Shown in pieces: positions 1-11,415 of a DNA stretch of 64,000 nucleotides. The stretch is from Diplonema japonicum. Its lineage: Eukaryota > Protista > Euglenozoa: Diplonemea. A program made the translations under genes and the position numbers. Under the pieces are notes generated by a model. It made no database searches and was not told the DNA's origin. It worked only from the letters and a program-made list of their open reading frames with translations. Within the stretch, counting starts at the first letter, position 1, and each line of letters starts with the position of its first letter. The DNA lies in the NCBI GenBank assembly GCA_964019335.1, contig OZ025729.1:1-64000 (forward strand), read 5' to 3'.

Positions 1-99
1 CCAAAGCATTCAGCGGTCAGGTTGAGGATTTTAAAAAAAAAAAAAAAATGGGGCTTTGATTGCAACACTAGGTGGCGTTAAGCGTGCAATGAAGCACGA

Positions 100-345
100 A
101 CTACCTACTTGATTACAGGGGGCGCTCCTCGGCCGAGCAGTAGCTTCTTCTGCGTTCCGCGTCTCAACCCTAGCCGGGGGTCCCGGGTAACCAAGATTCT
201 GCGCTCGTGCAGTTTGCTGCCTGTTCGTCACCCTGAGCATCTGCGTTACGTTCTTCCACTCGGGCGCTACCGGTGATGACCGACGAGGAGGTCAACAGCG
301 AACAACACATCTGATGTACTTCTTATATTTTCATGTTATCCCCTG
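100..345. repeat. Dispersed repeat family R1 (CpG-intact copy)
   Basis: Blocks such as ctacttgattacagggg, gtagcttcttctgcgttc, ggtaaccaagattctgc and gaacaacacatctgatgtacttcttatattt recur at about 43710-43810, 49810-50170, 50400-50535 and 51620-52100. Confidence 0.9.
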
Positions 346-1022
346 GTTGGGGACCACCTTGAGCCCTGCGGCGGCGGCCACCTCCCTAACCCACCCCTCC
401 GCCCCCCCCTAGGATCCCCGTGGTGGGGCGCACCTTGGCGTTCGTCCCACCGGTACCCGTATTGGAGGGTCTCCCTCCCTGAGTTACCAGACAGGGCCTC
501 CCACTTTCCTGAAAGCAGGGCTTTCGGGAAGGCAGGGGCCGGGCCCGTCCTCAACCCGGGAGGGTGTTCACCATACACCAGTACCCACCCCTTTTCTTCT
601 CCCTCTTTTCTTCCCTCTTTAACAATAGCAGGGTCGGCTGCAGGGGTCGTGGTCGCGGCGGTCGTGGCTGCGGCAGGGGCGGCTGCGGCGGTCTCGGTTG
701 CGGCGATCAGGGCGGCAGGGTCGGCTGCGGCGTTCAGGGCGGCTGGGGCTGCTGCAGCTGGGGCGGCCGTGGCTGTAGCAGGGGCGGCTGCTGCTCCCTT
801 GGTTGCGGCGGTCAAAACCGCGGTCTCTACTTGTGATTTTTTTATTTTATTTTTTTTTTCTAAAGGGGGGTGGGGGGATCTAGGGGGTGGGGATTCATAC
901 TGCCCAACCAGATAGTCTGGTTGGGTCGGCCCTGGCGTCGTGTGCAGCCTGGTGGCCTGTCGGGGTTCCTTCCCCCTGCGGTTTACGCGGTCACCTCCTC
1001 CTGCGTTCCGTCTTGTATCCAT
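336..1022 (-). CDS. Hypothetical Ala-rich low-complexity ORF downstream of the SL copy, possibly mobile-element derived
   Basis: ATG preceded by an A-run about 180 nt after the SL. No recognisable domain. The ORF ends at the edge of repeat R1. Confidence 0.2.
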   Translation of the reverse strand: MDTRRNAGGGDRVNRRGKEPRQATRLHTTPGPTQPDYLVGQYESPPPRSPHPPLEKKNKIKKSQVETAVLTAATKGAAAAPATATAAPAAAAPAALNAAADPAALIAATETAAAAPAAATTAATTTPAADPAIVKEGRKEGEEKGWVLVYGEHPPGLRTGPAPAFPKALLSGKWEALSGNSGRETLQYGYRWDERQGAPHHGDPRGGRRGGLGRWPPPQGSRWSPTRG

Positions 1023-1202
1023 TTTTTATTTTTTTTATTTTTTTTTAAAGTGTGAGTTGGGGGGAGGGGATCCTTTCGGTAAGCGGCGGGCAGGCCGACA
1101 GGCAAAACAACCCCCCCGGACGACGGCGACGACGGACGACGGACGACGGACGCAGCGGCAAACCCAGGCAGAGGCGGCAGGCACCAGCAGAACACGAACG
1201 AC

Positions 1203-1241
1203 CAATAAAGTACAGAAACTGTAGCTTTAGAATCGTTGGTG
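1203..1241 (-). ncRNA. Spliced-leader (mini-exon) sequence: SL RNA gene, orphon or retroposed SL
   Basis: Minus strand reads (C)ACCAACGATTCTAAAGCTACAGTTTCTGTACTTTATTG followed by GT. It is 39 nt long, and the 3' 19 nt (CAGTTTCTGTACTTTATTG) match the conserved kinetoplastid/diplonemid SL end. Confidence 0.85.
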
Positions 1242-1429
1242 GAGGGGTAGGTTAAATGATCCCAAAGTTTTGTACTTGGAAAAAAAAAATTTTTTTTTCC
1301 CCACCCTTAACGGGAAATTATTGGAAAAATCTTTTGCACTCAGAAATATTTTTTTGCACTGAAGAAATATTTTTTGTAGGTACAAAGGACTTTTTTTTTT
1401 TTTTTTGTGTTCAGGCCCCCTTTTTGCCC

Positions 1430-1703
1430 CTTGCAAGCGCACAGACACAAACACAGACAGACACACGCACGCACCCACACAGACACGAACACCAGACACA
1501 AGCACAGACACACACACGCACGCACACCCACACAAACACACACACAACACAGACACATGCAAGCACACAGGCACAGACACGAACACAACACAGACACACC
1601 CACACCCGCACCCGCACAGACACGAACACGAACACAACACAGACACACGCACGCACACAGGCACAGACGCAGACACACGCACCCACACTCGTTCACACAT
1701 ACA
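1430..1703. repeat. (CA)/(GT)-rich low-complexity tract upstream of the SL copy
   Basis: Runs of acac/cacg/agacac units. Confidence 0.9.
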
Positions 1704-2109
1704 GGGTGGTGGCTTCCCCCTGAGGTCGTCGGGGGAGGGAGGGCGGGGTCCGGAGGGCCCCGGGGAGGAGGAGGAAGGGGGGGCCACGGGAAGGGGGAAT
1801 TTTCTAAGTACAAAAAAAAATCTTTCTGGGGAAAAAAAGTTTTTTTTCCCTGGTTCGACTTCGGGTGGTTCAACTTTTTCCCCCTTTTCAAACCGAAAAG
1901 GCCTGCATACCACCGTGGGTTTTCCACTTTGGGGGAAATTTTTATGAGGGGGTTTTTGGGGATCACAGGGGCTAGACGAAATGTTACCAAAATTTTTGTA
2001 CTTATAAAATTTTTTTCGTTCTTAGAAAAAGATTTTTGTACTTAGAAAAAAAGATTTCTTTTCTTCCTTCTTTTTTTTTTTTTTTTCCAATTTTAAAAAA
2101 CCAAGTGGT

Positions 2110-3531
2110 TGCTTTATTTCTCGTGCGGGTTTGCGAGCTCCCACCCTGCTTGTAGACCGGAGCCCCCAACCACCACTTGATCAGAGCCCCAAACTCGTTG
2201 TCCGACAGCTGGTTGTGGAAGTCAGGCGTCGCCGTCAACCACGCCCCCGCATAGTGCATTGACTCCGACATCAACCTCGCCCTCGAGCGTGCATCTGCCT
2301 TCGCCAAGAGGTCCTCCAGCGCCTTCTCATCAAGCACCCTAGAGAGCCACCTCTGGCTGCAGATGTGGGGGGCCTTGGCCACCATGTCGGGTGTAATCTG
2401 CATGCCGCCTTTCGTCCTGTTGAACCACTCGAGCCAGCTCCCCCATACACCCCCTTCCAGCCCATGTTCGTATTTGGGATCCAGCTCCTTGCAGCTTCAT
2501 CGTTGACCTCGAAGCCATGTTGGCGCGCAGGTGCTCCTGGCAGCTTCTCATCCCAAGCCCGCCGACTTTTATGGACAGTTTCGCCTGCTGCCATTCTTTC
2601 GACCCGCTCTCGAACTGCATGCCGCACACCCTCGACATCGTCTTCCGCACCATCTCGTCGAACCTGTGCATGACCCCTCCCACATGCGAGTCTGGGACCA
2701 CTCTCATGTAGAACACCAGTTTGCTGTATGAGCTGCAGTACCGGAGAAGTGTGTACCCTGTCTGCCTCCCCACCTTGGTCAGCATGTCGAAGTTCTCTTC
2801 CAGCGCGTCCAAGCATTTGTTCAGAAAGGCTTGCGTGTACTCCGGCGATCCTATCGGCGCCCCCAGGAGCATGAAGTTCCTCTCTTTGTGGAAATTCTCT
2901 GCCGTCAGGCCATCGAAGCCTGTGTCCTCCACTGTCCGGGGGAGGTCGCCACTAACCCATATGAGCTCGCACTTCTGGGGTTTCACTTTCAGCCCTATCG
3001 TTGCTCAGCTCACACAAGATGTTGTACGCCTTTCTCACTTCATCCACATTCCCCACAAGGACGCCATCGTCCAGGTAGAACTGGAGGATGTCCAGGTTGC
3101 AGTCTTGTTTACCAGGGGTTGGATGGCCAGAGAGAACAGCAGCGGTCCCATCGGGTCCCCTTGTTGCACCCCTTCCTGGGACTTAATCATCTTCCCGTTG
3201 TAGTATAATTGGGAGGGCACCCAGTAGCACCAATCGGCCCACGCATACAGCCCTGACGCTTGCTCATAGGCCTGTGAGCACAGCTGTCTCCGACAAACAC
3301 TGTTGAAGGCGTTGGCGTAGTCGATCTTGAGGATCACCTTGTTTTCCTGCTTGTTGCCCCGTTCCCTGTCCACATACTGCCTGATGGTGTGTATAGCCGC
3401 CTCCATTCCAGCAGGGACCGATACCCCCACCTGGCCGCCTTTCCTCAGGTACGAAGAGGCCACTTCCGGAGGGATTCAGAAGGGATTTCCCCACCAGCCG
3501 ACGCAGCACACCCCCAACGGCTATGGGCCGC
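2110..3531 (-). mobile_element. Truncated, frameshifted non-LTR retrotransposon reverse transcriptase of the CRE/SLACS clade
   Basis: Motifs across several frames: RPIAVGGVLRRLVGK, EAAIH, LKIDYANAFNSV, GVQQGDPMGPLLFSLAIQP, YLDD, LGAPIGS, GGLGMRS, AGAWLTA. The downstream restriction-like endonuclease is absent. Confidence 0.88.
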
Positions 3532-4035
3532 TAACAGTTGAAGCAAGCAATTGAGGATTAAGATTAGTAATCAACAGCCAATGGTCTGTTTCTGTTTCTG
3601 TTTCTCTCCTCCTCTGTGCTGCTGCTGCTGCTTTCTTCACAATCTCTTCCTTCCACTTTTTTACAACGACCTTCCTAGCCGTGAAGTAGCCCCGCCCACG
3701 CCCGGTACTTCAGATGCAAGACCACGCAGCCTGCAGCAGCTTCGGTTCCGACACTTTTGTCAGAGTCCAGCATCTTTGCTATACTTAGTTTATCATAAGA
3801 AGCTGATAGTAAGTTTCATTTTATTTATTTCTTGTGTATCTGAGGTTTATTTTGTTGTTTCTTGTGCAGAAAAGGGAACGGGTACCCGAAATAAAGAAAA
3901 GATCAAAAGTGCAATATAGGGTTGTGACCTCATCCCCTTGCATCTATCGCTTTCTGCAGACAGAAATGAGACGCCCTCCAGTCCCCGAACTCCATTGATA
4001 TTAAGCCAAGTTTGTTGTAAAACAAACGTTTCTTT

Positions 4036-6162
4036 TCAGAGGGAAACGGTAGGGGTGAAGGACATCTGCATGCTGACCTCAAATAATTGCTGCCCTCTCA
4101 GAGATTTGACCTCTTGAAGTTCAGAGAAGTGCAGCTCCTCCGTTGCAGCGGGCCGACGGTGAGCAGCATAATAGCACAACCGCTTGTCGCTGCACGCTTT
4201 GGTGCTGAGAACGGTGCCCACTTCGAAAGCAGGGCCTAACACGGTGAGGAACTTTTGTCGCCTGTCACCGAAAGTGCCATGCAACACGCTGCTCGTCGAT
4301 AGCCCGATGTAAACGCCCTTGTTCTCTACTGTGTGGCCGATCAGTCGCACGAACGCCAAGGCGTTGTCAACATGAGTGTTGCACATCTTTGCGGTGTTCC
4401 AACCAACAGCAACCCTGCTGCCTTGCAACGAGACAGCCAGGCCATGCGTTCGTTCCACGCTTGTGAGAACTTCTGTCAACACAAAATTAAGATGTTTCCC
4501 AATCGCTGTATTTTCATAGTCTTCTATGAACAGCTCCACGGCCCCCGCCGTCGCAGCTTGGCATCGATGCAGTGTTTCCAACGCATATGGGATTGAGACA
4601 GACATCGAGGCGACGCTGCCCTTGCTTGACCCCACATCTTCGAGTCGCAATTGGGACGTAAACACCAGTTTTCTGTCCTCCTTTTTCAACAGCAGCTGTT
4701 GCTCCACAAAGTTTCTCCGCCCAGCTAACTCTTCAGGGAGAAGGAGGTATGGGTTCACTTTGCCTATCCCATTCAACATCGTGCTCCCCATTGGGATCAC
4801 CGACACGTTGTGCATTACGCCTGCTTTCTCGAACACCTCTGGCGTCACTGCTACAGCCCCACCGATACATACACTTTCCATACGAGCAGCTTTGTTCACA
4901 GTGCCCCCGAAGTAGTCGTATCTCCCTGTTAAGATGTTCAGCTGTGAATCTACAGGCCCCCAGTGGGCTCCAACCCGGACACGAAGACCACAAAAGGAAC
5001 TGTTTCCCTGTGCGCAAGGGTGTAGTGCCAGCAGTTCCGTTGGCCACTGGCTGTTCGCAAGCTTGGTTTGAACAGATAAGCCAAATCGAACAGCCTCCAG
5101 GGCGCCTTCAAAGGCGACCATGAAGGAGTCACCGATAGTCTTCACCTCGTAACCACTGTGTTCAGATATACACTCACGGATGCTCTGGTTGTGGACTCGT
5201 AGGCTTTTCCGCATCCCTTCGGGGCATGCTTCCCATATTGCAGTGGAGCTTTGGATGTCTGTAAAGACGATGGCAGCGGTCTGGTGTGAAAGGCCAGGTG
5301 GTGGTGCATCTGTAAGGAGGCTAGCACTAGCGTTGTGAAGGTCTTCGAAAAGAGCGTCGGGGAGGTAAGGACGGTAGATTTCCAAATTGGATACGATACG
5401 AGAAAAGGCATCGTGTAGGGGGGGTGGGAGCTTCGCGCTCGTGAGGACGGACTCGCTGGCTGGGATGTCGAAGCGGGACAAGGATGCAGCGATACGCTCA
5501 GCAGCTGATACAACACTATTCATCTTTTCGTACTCAGCGTAAAGCTTCTGCGCGAACCCACGCGTGAAATAGAAATCAAGACCAACAAGAAGTGCCTGCC
5601 CAGTTGTGTTGCTCAAGGCGGAGTCAAATGGAATCTTGCAAGGAAGTTCTTCACAATCAACAGCTTCTCGACGGGACTGTTGAGACGGCAGAAGCCCAAT
5701 GTCGTACAACCCAAACCGGAAGGACACCTCAATGAGGAGGACCACAAACCATACCATCAGAAGCACTACCATGTTTTTGGCCACGCGTGAAGGTAACTTA
5801 CAGACTAAACAAAGGTCGATTAAAAGTATGGTGTAAGGCCACCCACGATGCCCTTTAGTTGCAGATACATCGAACAAGTCGGACGCCAACATGGCACAAC
5901 ATATTACATACAAGACACCTTCCACAACTAACAACCTCAGCTTTCGCTCAATGATCAACTGCAGCAATAACGCCGTCAGAGACACGGTGGTCGCGATGGC
6001 GCTTAGTACATCCAGATTCCACTCAGAGTACAACATGATTGTGACTGCATATGACACAACTACGATCAGTGATCCTAAGGACAGTAATCTCTTACTCGAA
6101 GCTGTTCTTGCGTCATCAGTGGGCCGCAAGACCCGTGAGAATAACCAGAACGAAAACGGCAT
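4036..6162 (-). CDS. Membrane-bound class III adenylate/guanylate cyclase
   Basis: 708 aa with several N-terminal hydrophobic helices. Catalytic motifs IVFTDIQSST, YEVKTIGDSFM, LRVRVGAHWG and YDYFGGTVNKAARMES. A degenerate second cyclase-like region follows. Confidence 0.93.
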   Translation of the reverse strand: MPFSFWLFSRVLRPTDDARTASSKRLLSLGSLIVVVSYAVTIMLYSEWNLDVLSAIATTVSLTALLLQLIIERKLRLLVVEGVLYVICCAMLASDLFDVSATKGHRGWPYTILLIDLCLVCKLPSRVAKNMVVLLMVWFVVLLIEVSFRFGLYDIGLLPSQQSRREAVDCEELPCKIPFDSALSNTTGQALLVGLDFYFTRGFAQKLYAEYEKMNSVVSAAERIAASLSRFDIPASESVLTSAKLPPPLHDAFSRIVSNLEIYRPYLPDALFEDLHNASASLLTDAPPPGLSHQTAAIVFTDIQSSTAIWEACPEGMRKSLRVHNQSIRECISEHSGYEVKTIGDSFMVAFEGALEAVRFGLSVQTKLANSQWPTELLALHPCAQGNSSFCGLRVRVGAHWGPVDSQLNILTGRYDYFGGTVNKAARMESVCIGGAVAVTPEVFEKAGVMHNVSVIPMGSTMLNGIGKVNPYLLLPEELAGRRNFVEQQLLLKKEDRKLVFTSQLRLEDVGSSKGSVASMSVSIPYALETLHRCQAATAGAVELFIEDYENTAIGKHLNFVLTEVLTSVERTHGLAVSLQGSRVAVGWNTAKMCNTHVDNALAFVRLIGHTVENKGVYIGLSTSSVLHGTFGDRRQKFLTVLGPAFEVGTVLSTKACSDKRLCYYAAHRRPAATEELHFSELQEVKSLRGQQLFEVSMQMSFTPTVSL

Positions 6163-6350
6163 TGTTTTTTGTGTAACCCTCCCCCTTTTGTCGGAATGCG
6201 GGGGGGGGGGGGGGGGGGGGGGAAATAAAAAAGGGATAAAAAAATATAATAAAATAAGAAAAATATGTGGAACTTTTTTTCGATTTCAAAAAAAAACTGA
6301 TTTGGACAACTTTTTCCATAAAAAAGATATAGGGTTTTTTTTTTTATCAT

Positions 6351-6394
<44 letters not shown>

Positions 6395-7158
6395 GCTCAG
6401 ACACGGCAGGCATGATGTGGCGCTGGGGGTATTTTTCGCAGTTTTATTTCCTATTTTTTTCCCCCCAAATCTTGATTTCTTTTTATTCACATCTTTACTT
6501 TTCTAAACTCTCCATTTTCGGGAAAATGCGGCAGTTTGTGATTCCCCGAAACCGGCCTCGCAAACCGTTCCTCATTGACTTTTCCGTTAACTAGGCCATA
6601 GGCCATGCATTGCGGTGTAGTCTTACGTTGTCCCCTCTAATTCTGCAATTTCTTTTTTTTTTTTCTTTTTTAAACTTCTACTGCTTCTCTGTTGTAATTT
6701 CAGATTACTGCATATAAAGAAAGAAAACCAACACCCGATAGTGGATCGCACTTCTGAGGAATTGTTGGACAGAAAACTCTGTTTTGTCGTCTTTCGGGCA
6801 ACCATCACGTGCATTAGTTGAGCCTTTGCAAGACAGGCCCTTGCGTCCAATTGTTTTGTCCTGCTTTAGTGGTTGTTTGTTACTTAGGTAGGTGAAGAAG
6901 AATGTAATTGTAGTGATGATCCAGGAGGGAATAATCGGTTCGGCTTTTTTTTTTTTTGTTGCCTGTGAAGAAGCCTCCAGGATCACAGAATCGAATGACC
7001 ATTTGTCAGAGCAATCCGGAGAAAACTAGTTTAGCGTTCCCATTTAATTGTGTGCGCACGAGCGTTATTTTACAAAGATTATTTGTCTACCTAAATAAGA
7101 TTTTCTGCTTCGCTTCGAATAATTCGCTTTTCGACAATAGAATTAAAAAATGACGAAG

Positions 7159-7191
<33 letters not shown>

Positions 7192-7507
7192 AGAGTGCAA
7201 AAACAAGCAAAAAGTAGACTCTTGTTGAGCAACAACTCAAAAAGAAAAGGGAGAATTAAGAAAGGAAGAAAACAGTGAGCAAACAGGGAGGAAAAGAGGA
7301 TAAGAGGGGGGGGGGGGGGGGGGGGGGGGGATGAAGTAACCTATGACCGTATAGATAGATATCCTTTTTTTTTTTTTTTTTTTTTTCTCCCGTTGAGCCG
7401 AACTCTTTGGAGAGTGAAAGAATCGTTGTTTTAGTCTGTTCCCTCTTCTTATGATATGATCATCTAATAATTGAAAAATGGGTTAAGGGGGTCTTTGTGA
7501 GACGCCC

Positions 7508-9562
7508 CTAATCTAACCTAGCAGTGCCCCTAATCACGAAGAATAAATAATATGTGAAAAAGGGTGATAGCAGAAAGAATAGAGCCGACATCACGGACGA
7601 ATTCTGCACCTTGCTAGCTCCCACGTGTGCCCTTGGCTTCGCAACAGGCTTCACTTGAGCAGTCTTGGTCTTAAGACCCGTCTCCCCACCCTTCACGTTC
7701 TTTTCAGTTTCAACTTTCGTCTCTGGTGCTGCCACAGTCTTTTCTGTTTGTGTTTCGGACACCACGGGCTTCACCACAGGCTCCACGGGCTTCACTACGG
7801 GTTTCGTCTCAGGTTCCACGGCTTTCGTCGCAGACTCCACGGACTTTGTCTCTGCCTCCACGTGCTTCACTTCAGGTTCCACGGCTTTCGTCTCAGACTT
7901 CACGGACTTTGTCTCTGGCTCCACGGGCTTCACCTCAGGCTCCACAGCTTTCGTCTCAGGCTTCGCGGGTTTCGTCGCAGACTCCACGGACTTTGTCTCT
8001 GGCTCCACGGACTTCACTTCAGGCTCCACGGACTTCACTTCAGGTTCCACGGACTTCACCTCAGGCTCCACAGCTTTCGTCTCAGGCTCCACGGGCTTCA
8101 CCTCAGGCTCCACAGCTTTCGTCTCAGGCTTCGAGGCTTTCGTCGCAGACTCCACGGACTTTGTCTCTGCCTCCACGGGTTTCATTTCAGGTTCCACAGC
8201 TTTCGTCTCAGACTCCACGGACTTTGTCTCTGCCTCCACGGGCTTCATTTCAGGTTCCACAGCTTTCGTCTCAGGCTTCGCGGACTTTGTCTTTGGCTCT
8301 ACGGGCTTCACTTCAGGCTCCCTGGGCCTCACCTCAGGCACGGGCTTCATTTCAGGCTCCATGGGCTTCACCTCAGGCTCCACGGCTTTCGTCTCAGGCT
8401 TCACGGCTTTTGTTGCAGACTCCACGGACTTTGTCTCTGGCTCCACGGGCTTCACTTCAGGCTCCACGGCTTTCGTAGGTTTTGCCTCAGCTTCCGCGGG
8501 CTTTGCCACTTCAGGCTCTACGGGCTTCGTCTCAAATTCTGGAGACTTTGCCTCGGGCTCCACAGCTTTTGTAGCCTCTACAGGTTTTGTCTCTACAGGT
8601 TTTGTCTCTACAGGTTTTGTCTTGGACTTCACCTTTTGTTCTGAAGGTTTTTTTTCCAATTTCACAGCCTTCATCTCTGGCTCCACATTAGTCTCAGGCT
8701 TTGCGGATTTCGTCTCGGGCTCCCTTTTGGCCAAAAGGGTTTTCTTCGTCACTTTCTTTTTTGCCATTCTTGCATCCTTGGCGCCACGCTCGGCCAAGAA
8801 CCCCACCACCTCGTCGTGCCCCGCCACTGTGGCGGACTTGAGGGGCGTAGTGCCCTTTTTGTTTGGGAGGTTCACGTCTGCGCCGCCGTCGAGGAGGGTG
8901 ATGCAGGCAGCCAAGTGGCCGTTAGCTGCGGCGATCTGGAGTGGGGACAGGGTGGTGGCTTTCACCTGAGTGAGGGTGTTGGGGCAAGCCCCGAGTGTGA
9001 GGAGCATCGCGAGCTCATCGACGATGTTGTTGGCGGCCGCATGCATGAGGAGCGACTGCAGGTCAAAGGCCTGCAGCTCGTCCCTTGTGATGTCGTTGGC
9101 GGTGATGTAGGTAGGCTTTGTGTACTGCAGCAGGTCAGGGACTTCGCTGTTCTTCCTGTGCTTTGTCACCACCGTGCTGCCACGGGTGTCGGGGAGACAC
9201 TTCACAGCCCCCATCTCAAGGAGGTAAGTAACTGCCCCGGGCTCACCAGCTTGCGCCGCTGCCATGAGAGGGGTCCTGCCCGTCGGAGTGGACAGGTTCA
9301 CCTCTGCCCCACTGTCCAGGAGGGCCATGCATGTGTCGACGTGTCCTTTACTGGCAGCTGCGTGAAGGGCTGACGTCCAGGTGCCGCCCTTCCTGATTTG
9401 TACAACTTCGTTGAGATTGCTGTTCATATCCAAAAGCTCAAGGCAGACCTGAGTTTCCCCAGTCATAGCTGCAGTCACTAGTTGCTTGCTGGCGAGGGCG
9501 TCATGCTTGAAGGCGCGGTTCGTGCGCTGCAGAGCTACGTACACGCTTCGGAAACGGAACAT
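7508..9562 (-). CDS. Ankyrin-repeat protein with a long K(P/S/A)VEPE repeat stalk and C-terminal transmembrane anchor
   Basis: Ankyrin motifs SALHAAASKGH, TPLMAAAQAG, SPLQIAAANGH and TPLKSATVAGH. 21-bp tandem repeats at about 7760-8720. Hydrophobic C-terminus. Arg-rich N-terminus resembling a mitochondrial presequence. Confidence 0.9.
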   Translation of the reverse strand: MFRFRSVYVALQRTNRAFKHDALASKQLVTAAMTGETQVCLELLDMNSNLNEVVQIRKGGTWTSALHAAASKGHVDTCMALLDSGAEVNLSTPTGRTPLMAAAQAGEPGAVTYLLEMGAVKCLPDTRGSTVVTKHRKNSEVPDLLQYTKPTYITANDITRDELQAFDLQSLLMHAAANNIVDELAMLLTLGACPNTLTQVKATTLSPLQIAAANGHLAACITLLDGGADVNLPNKKGTTPLKSATVAGHDEVVGFLAERGAKDARMAKKKVTKKTLLAKREPETKSAKPETNVEPEMKAVKLEKKPSEQKVKSKTKPVETKPVETKPVEATKAVEPEAKSPEFETKPVEPEVAKPAEAEAKPTKAVEPEVKPVEPETKSVESATKAVKPETKAVEPEVKPMEPEMKPVPEVRPREPEVKPVEPKTKSAKPETKAVEPEMKPVEAETKSVESETKAVEPEMKPVEAETKSVESATKASKPETKAVEPEVKPVEPETKAVEPEVKSVEPEVKSVEPEVKSVEPETKSVESATKPAKPETKAVEPEVKPVEPETKSVKSETKAVEPEVKHVEAETKSVESATKAVEPETKPVVKPVEPVVKPVVSETQTEKTVAAPETKVETEKNVKGGETGLKTKTAQVKPVAKPRAHVGASKVQNSSVMSALFFLLSPFFTYYLFFVIRGTARLD

Positions 9563-11415
9563 TGTATCGGAACCCCTTTTTTTCTTTCTTTACAACAACA
9601 AAAGAAATCCCCCCTCTCACACCACCCGAGATCTGTGTTATTATTGTGATTATCGACATATGGGGGGGGGGGGGGGGGGGGAATGAATGAGAACAAAATA
9701 GGAAATGAACAAGAAAAAAAAAGGACGCTGTCCTTTCCCTTCCTTTCCTATACAAAGGGAGAAAAAAAGGGGGGTGATAATGAATGACTTGCTAACGGAG
9801 CTTTGACACATCGGAGTCTAGTCAACTTTTTTTGGGAGGGGTATTTTTGAGGATTTTTTTTTGCAGTTTTTTTTTGGCCGGGAGGAGATTTTCAAAAAAA
9901 AAGAAGGGGGAAAAATCAGAGATTGGAAAAATGCAGGAGACTCACTCCCCTCTTCAACATATTTCGCTTCTAGAACGGCCAACAGAGAGCCAGTTTGGAA
10001 GGCGTGAAACGAGAGAAGGAAGAAAAGCTACAAAGAACTTCCAGCACACGGCATAGACTATAGGTATAACGTAAAGGTCATTGCTTTCAATGTCTTACAA
10101 CATCAAATGCTTCCATGTTCTTTCTTTCATTCTTTTTGCTTTTTTTTTTTCTTTGCCCCCTTTGTTTTTTTTTCGCACCCACTTCCTTGTTTTCTCCAGC
10201 CAGAAAACCGAGACTATAGATAGAGGGTGGATTCAAAAAACAAGAAGGGGGGGAAAGAAAATATAAATAAAAGGGGGGGGATGCTCTGATTATGTGCTTT
10301 AACTTTTTCACTTAGTTACCCCATCCCCCGCCCCCCTTTACCGCTCCAACTTCACAGCCCTACCTCCCATATCACCACCTTCCCCCTGGAAGTCGGTGAG
10401 GAGGAAAGAAAGAAAGAGAAGCCGGTTGACAGATTAGCAGGTATTTGGAGGGGAAGAGGGGGGATAGGAAAAAGAAAGGCTTTATAAACGAAGGAAGACA
10501 AAGAAATAGAAACAAACCGAGGTTTCGTACGAAACACAACGGGAAGATAAAAGGGAGGGAAAGGGGAGAAAAAGAAGAAACAAATTTGATAAACTGGGTG
10601 TGCGGGGGCGTAAAATTTTAATTAATCATTCTTTATGACTTATACCGTTGTTGAGCAAAAAAAGTTTTTTTAAACACTGTAAAAAAAACTTTGCTCGACA
10701 CAAGTTGCATAATAAGCCAATAAGATTTTACTTGAAATGGGATAAAATAATATTCTAACAAAAAGAAAAAGATAAAGGAGGGTGCAATCTCTCTCTTTTC
10801 TTTTCTTTTTTTTTTCCCTTTTTTTTTGAGCAATTTTGAACCGGGAAACAAAGGAAAGAAAAGAAGTTCTTGGAACAAAGAAAGAAAAAGAAAGGAAAAA
10901 AAACTATTATTGTGCAGATAGCAAAAGAATAAAAAGGCTATGTTTGTGGGCAAATCCCACTCGACACAACCTTTATTTTTTCCCCTTCTTTTTTCTTTTT
11001 TCCCTCCTTGTTCTTCTATTCCCCTCTACCCATTTACACGCTTCCATATTTTGGCTGAGATTGCTTTCCCCCCCTTCTTTCGTTTCTTTTTTGAAATCGA
11101 ACAAGATCTGCAGTTGTGCAGAAGCATCATCCTATTTCGAAATGTGATTTATTTCACTTTTTTTTGGGGGGATTTTTTTTTTCTTTTTTTTTTGTTTTCC
11201 GACTTGCCTCCTCGGTGCAAGCAGCCGAGGTATAGCTCTGTCGGGTCAGAAAAGGTAAGTTTACCTTTATCCTTTTTTTTTTCTAAAGCCAAGAGGAGCG
11301 AGGGGACTGTCATTGTATTTGTTGACCAACTGGGGAGGGGAGGGGAGGGACACTTTGGGGAGAAAAATTTTTCCCTCTTTTTCTGTGCACATTCAAGGGA
11401 ATTCTAAAAGACCTC

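Noticed and set aside
830-900. Possible GTATG..AG intron in the 336-1022 ORF
   Set aside because: Removing it shifts to a short Arg-rich frame with no recognisable product, so it cannot be supported without transcripts.
1227-2045. HT-rich and CV-rich ORFs
   Set aside because: Translations of the CA/GT low-complexity tract.
6540-7150. Possible transposon coding relic between the cyclase and ankyrin genes
   Set aside because: The short ORFs carry no motif I can assign with confidence.
7625-8969. Three overlapping plus-strand repetitive ORFs
   Set aside because: Antisense frames of the 21-bp KPVEPE repeat.
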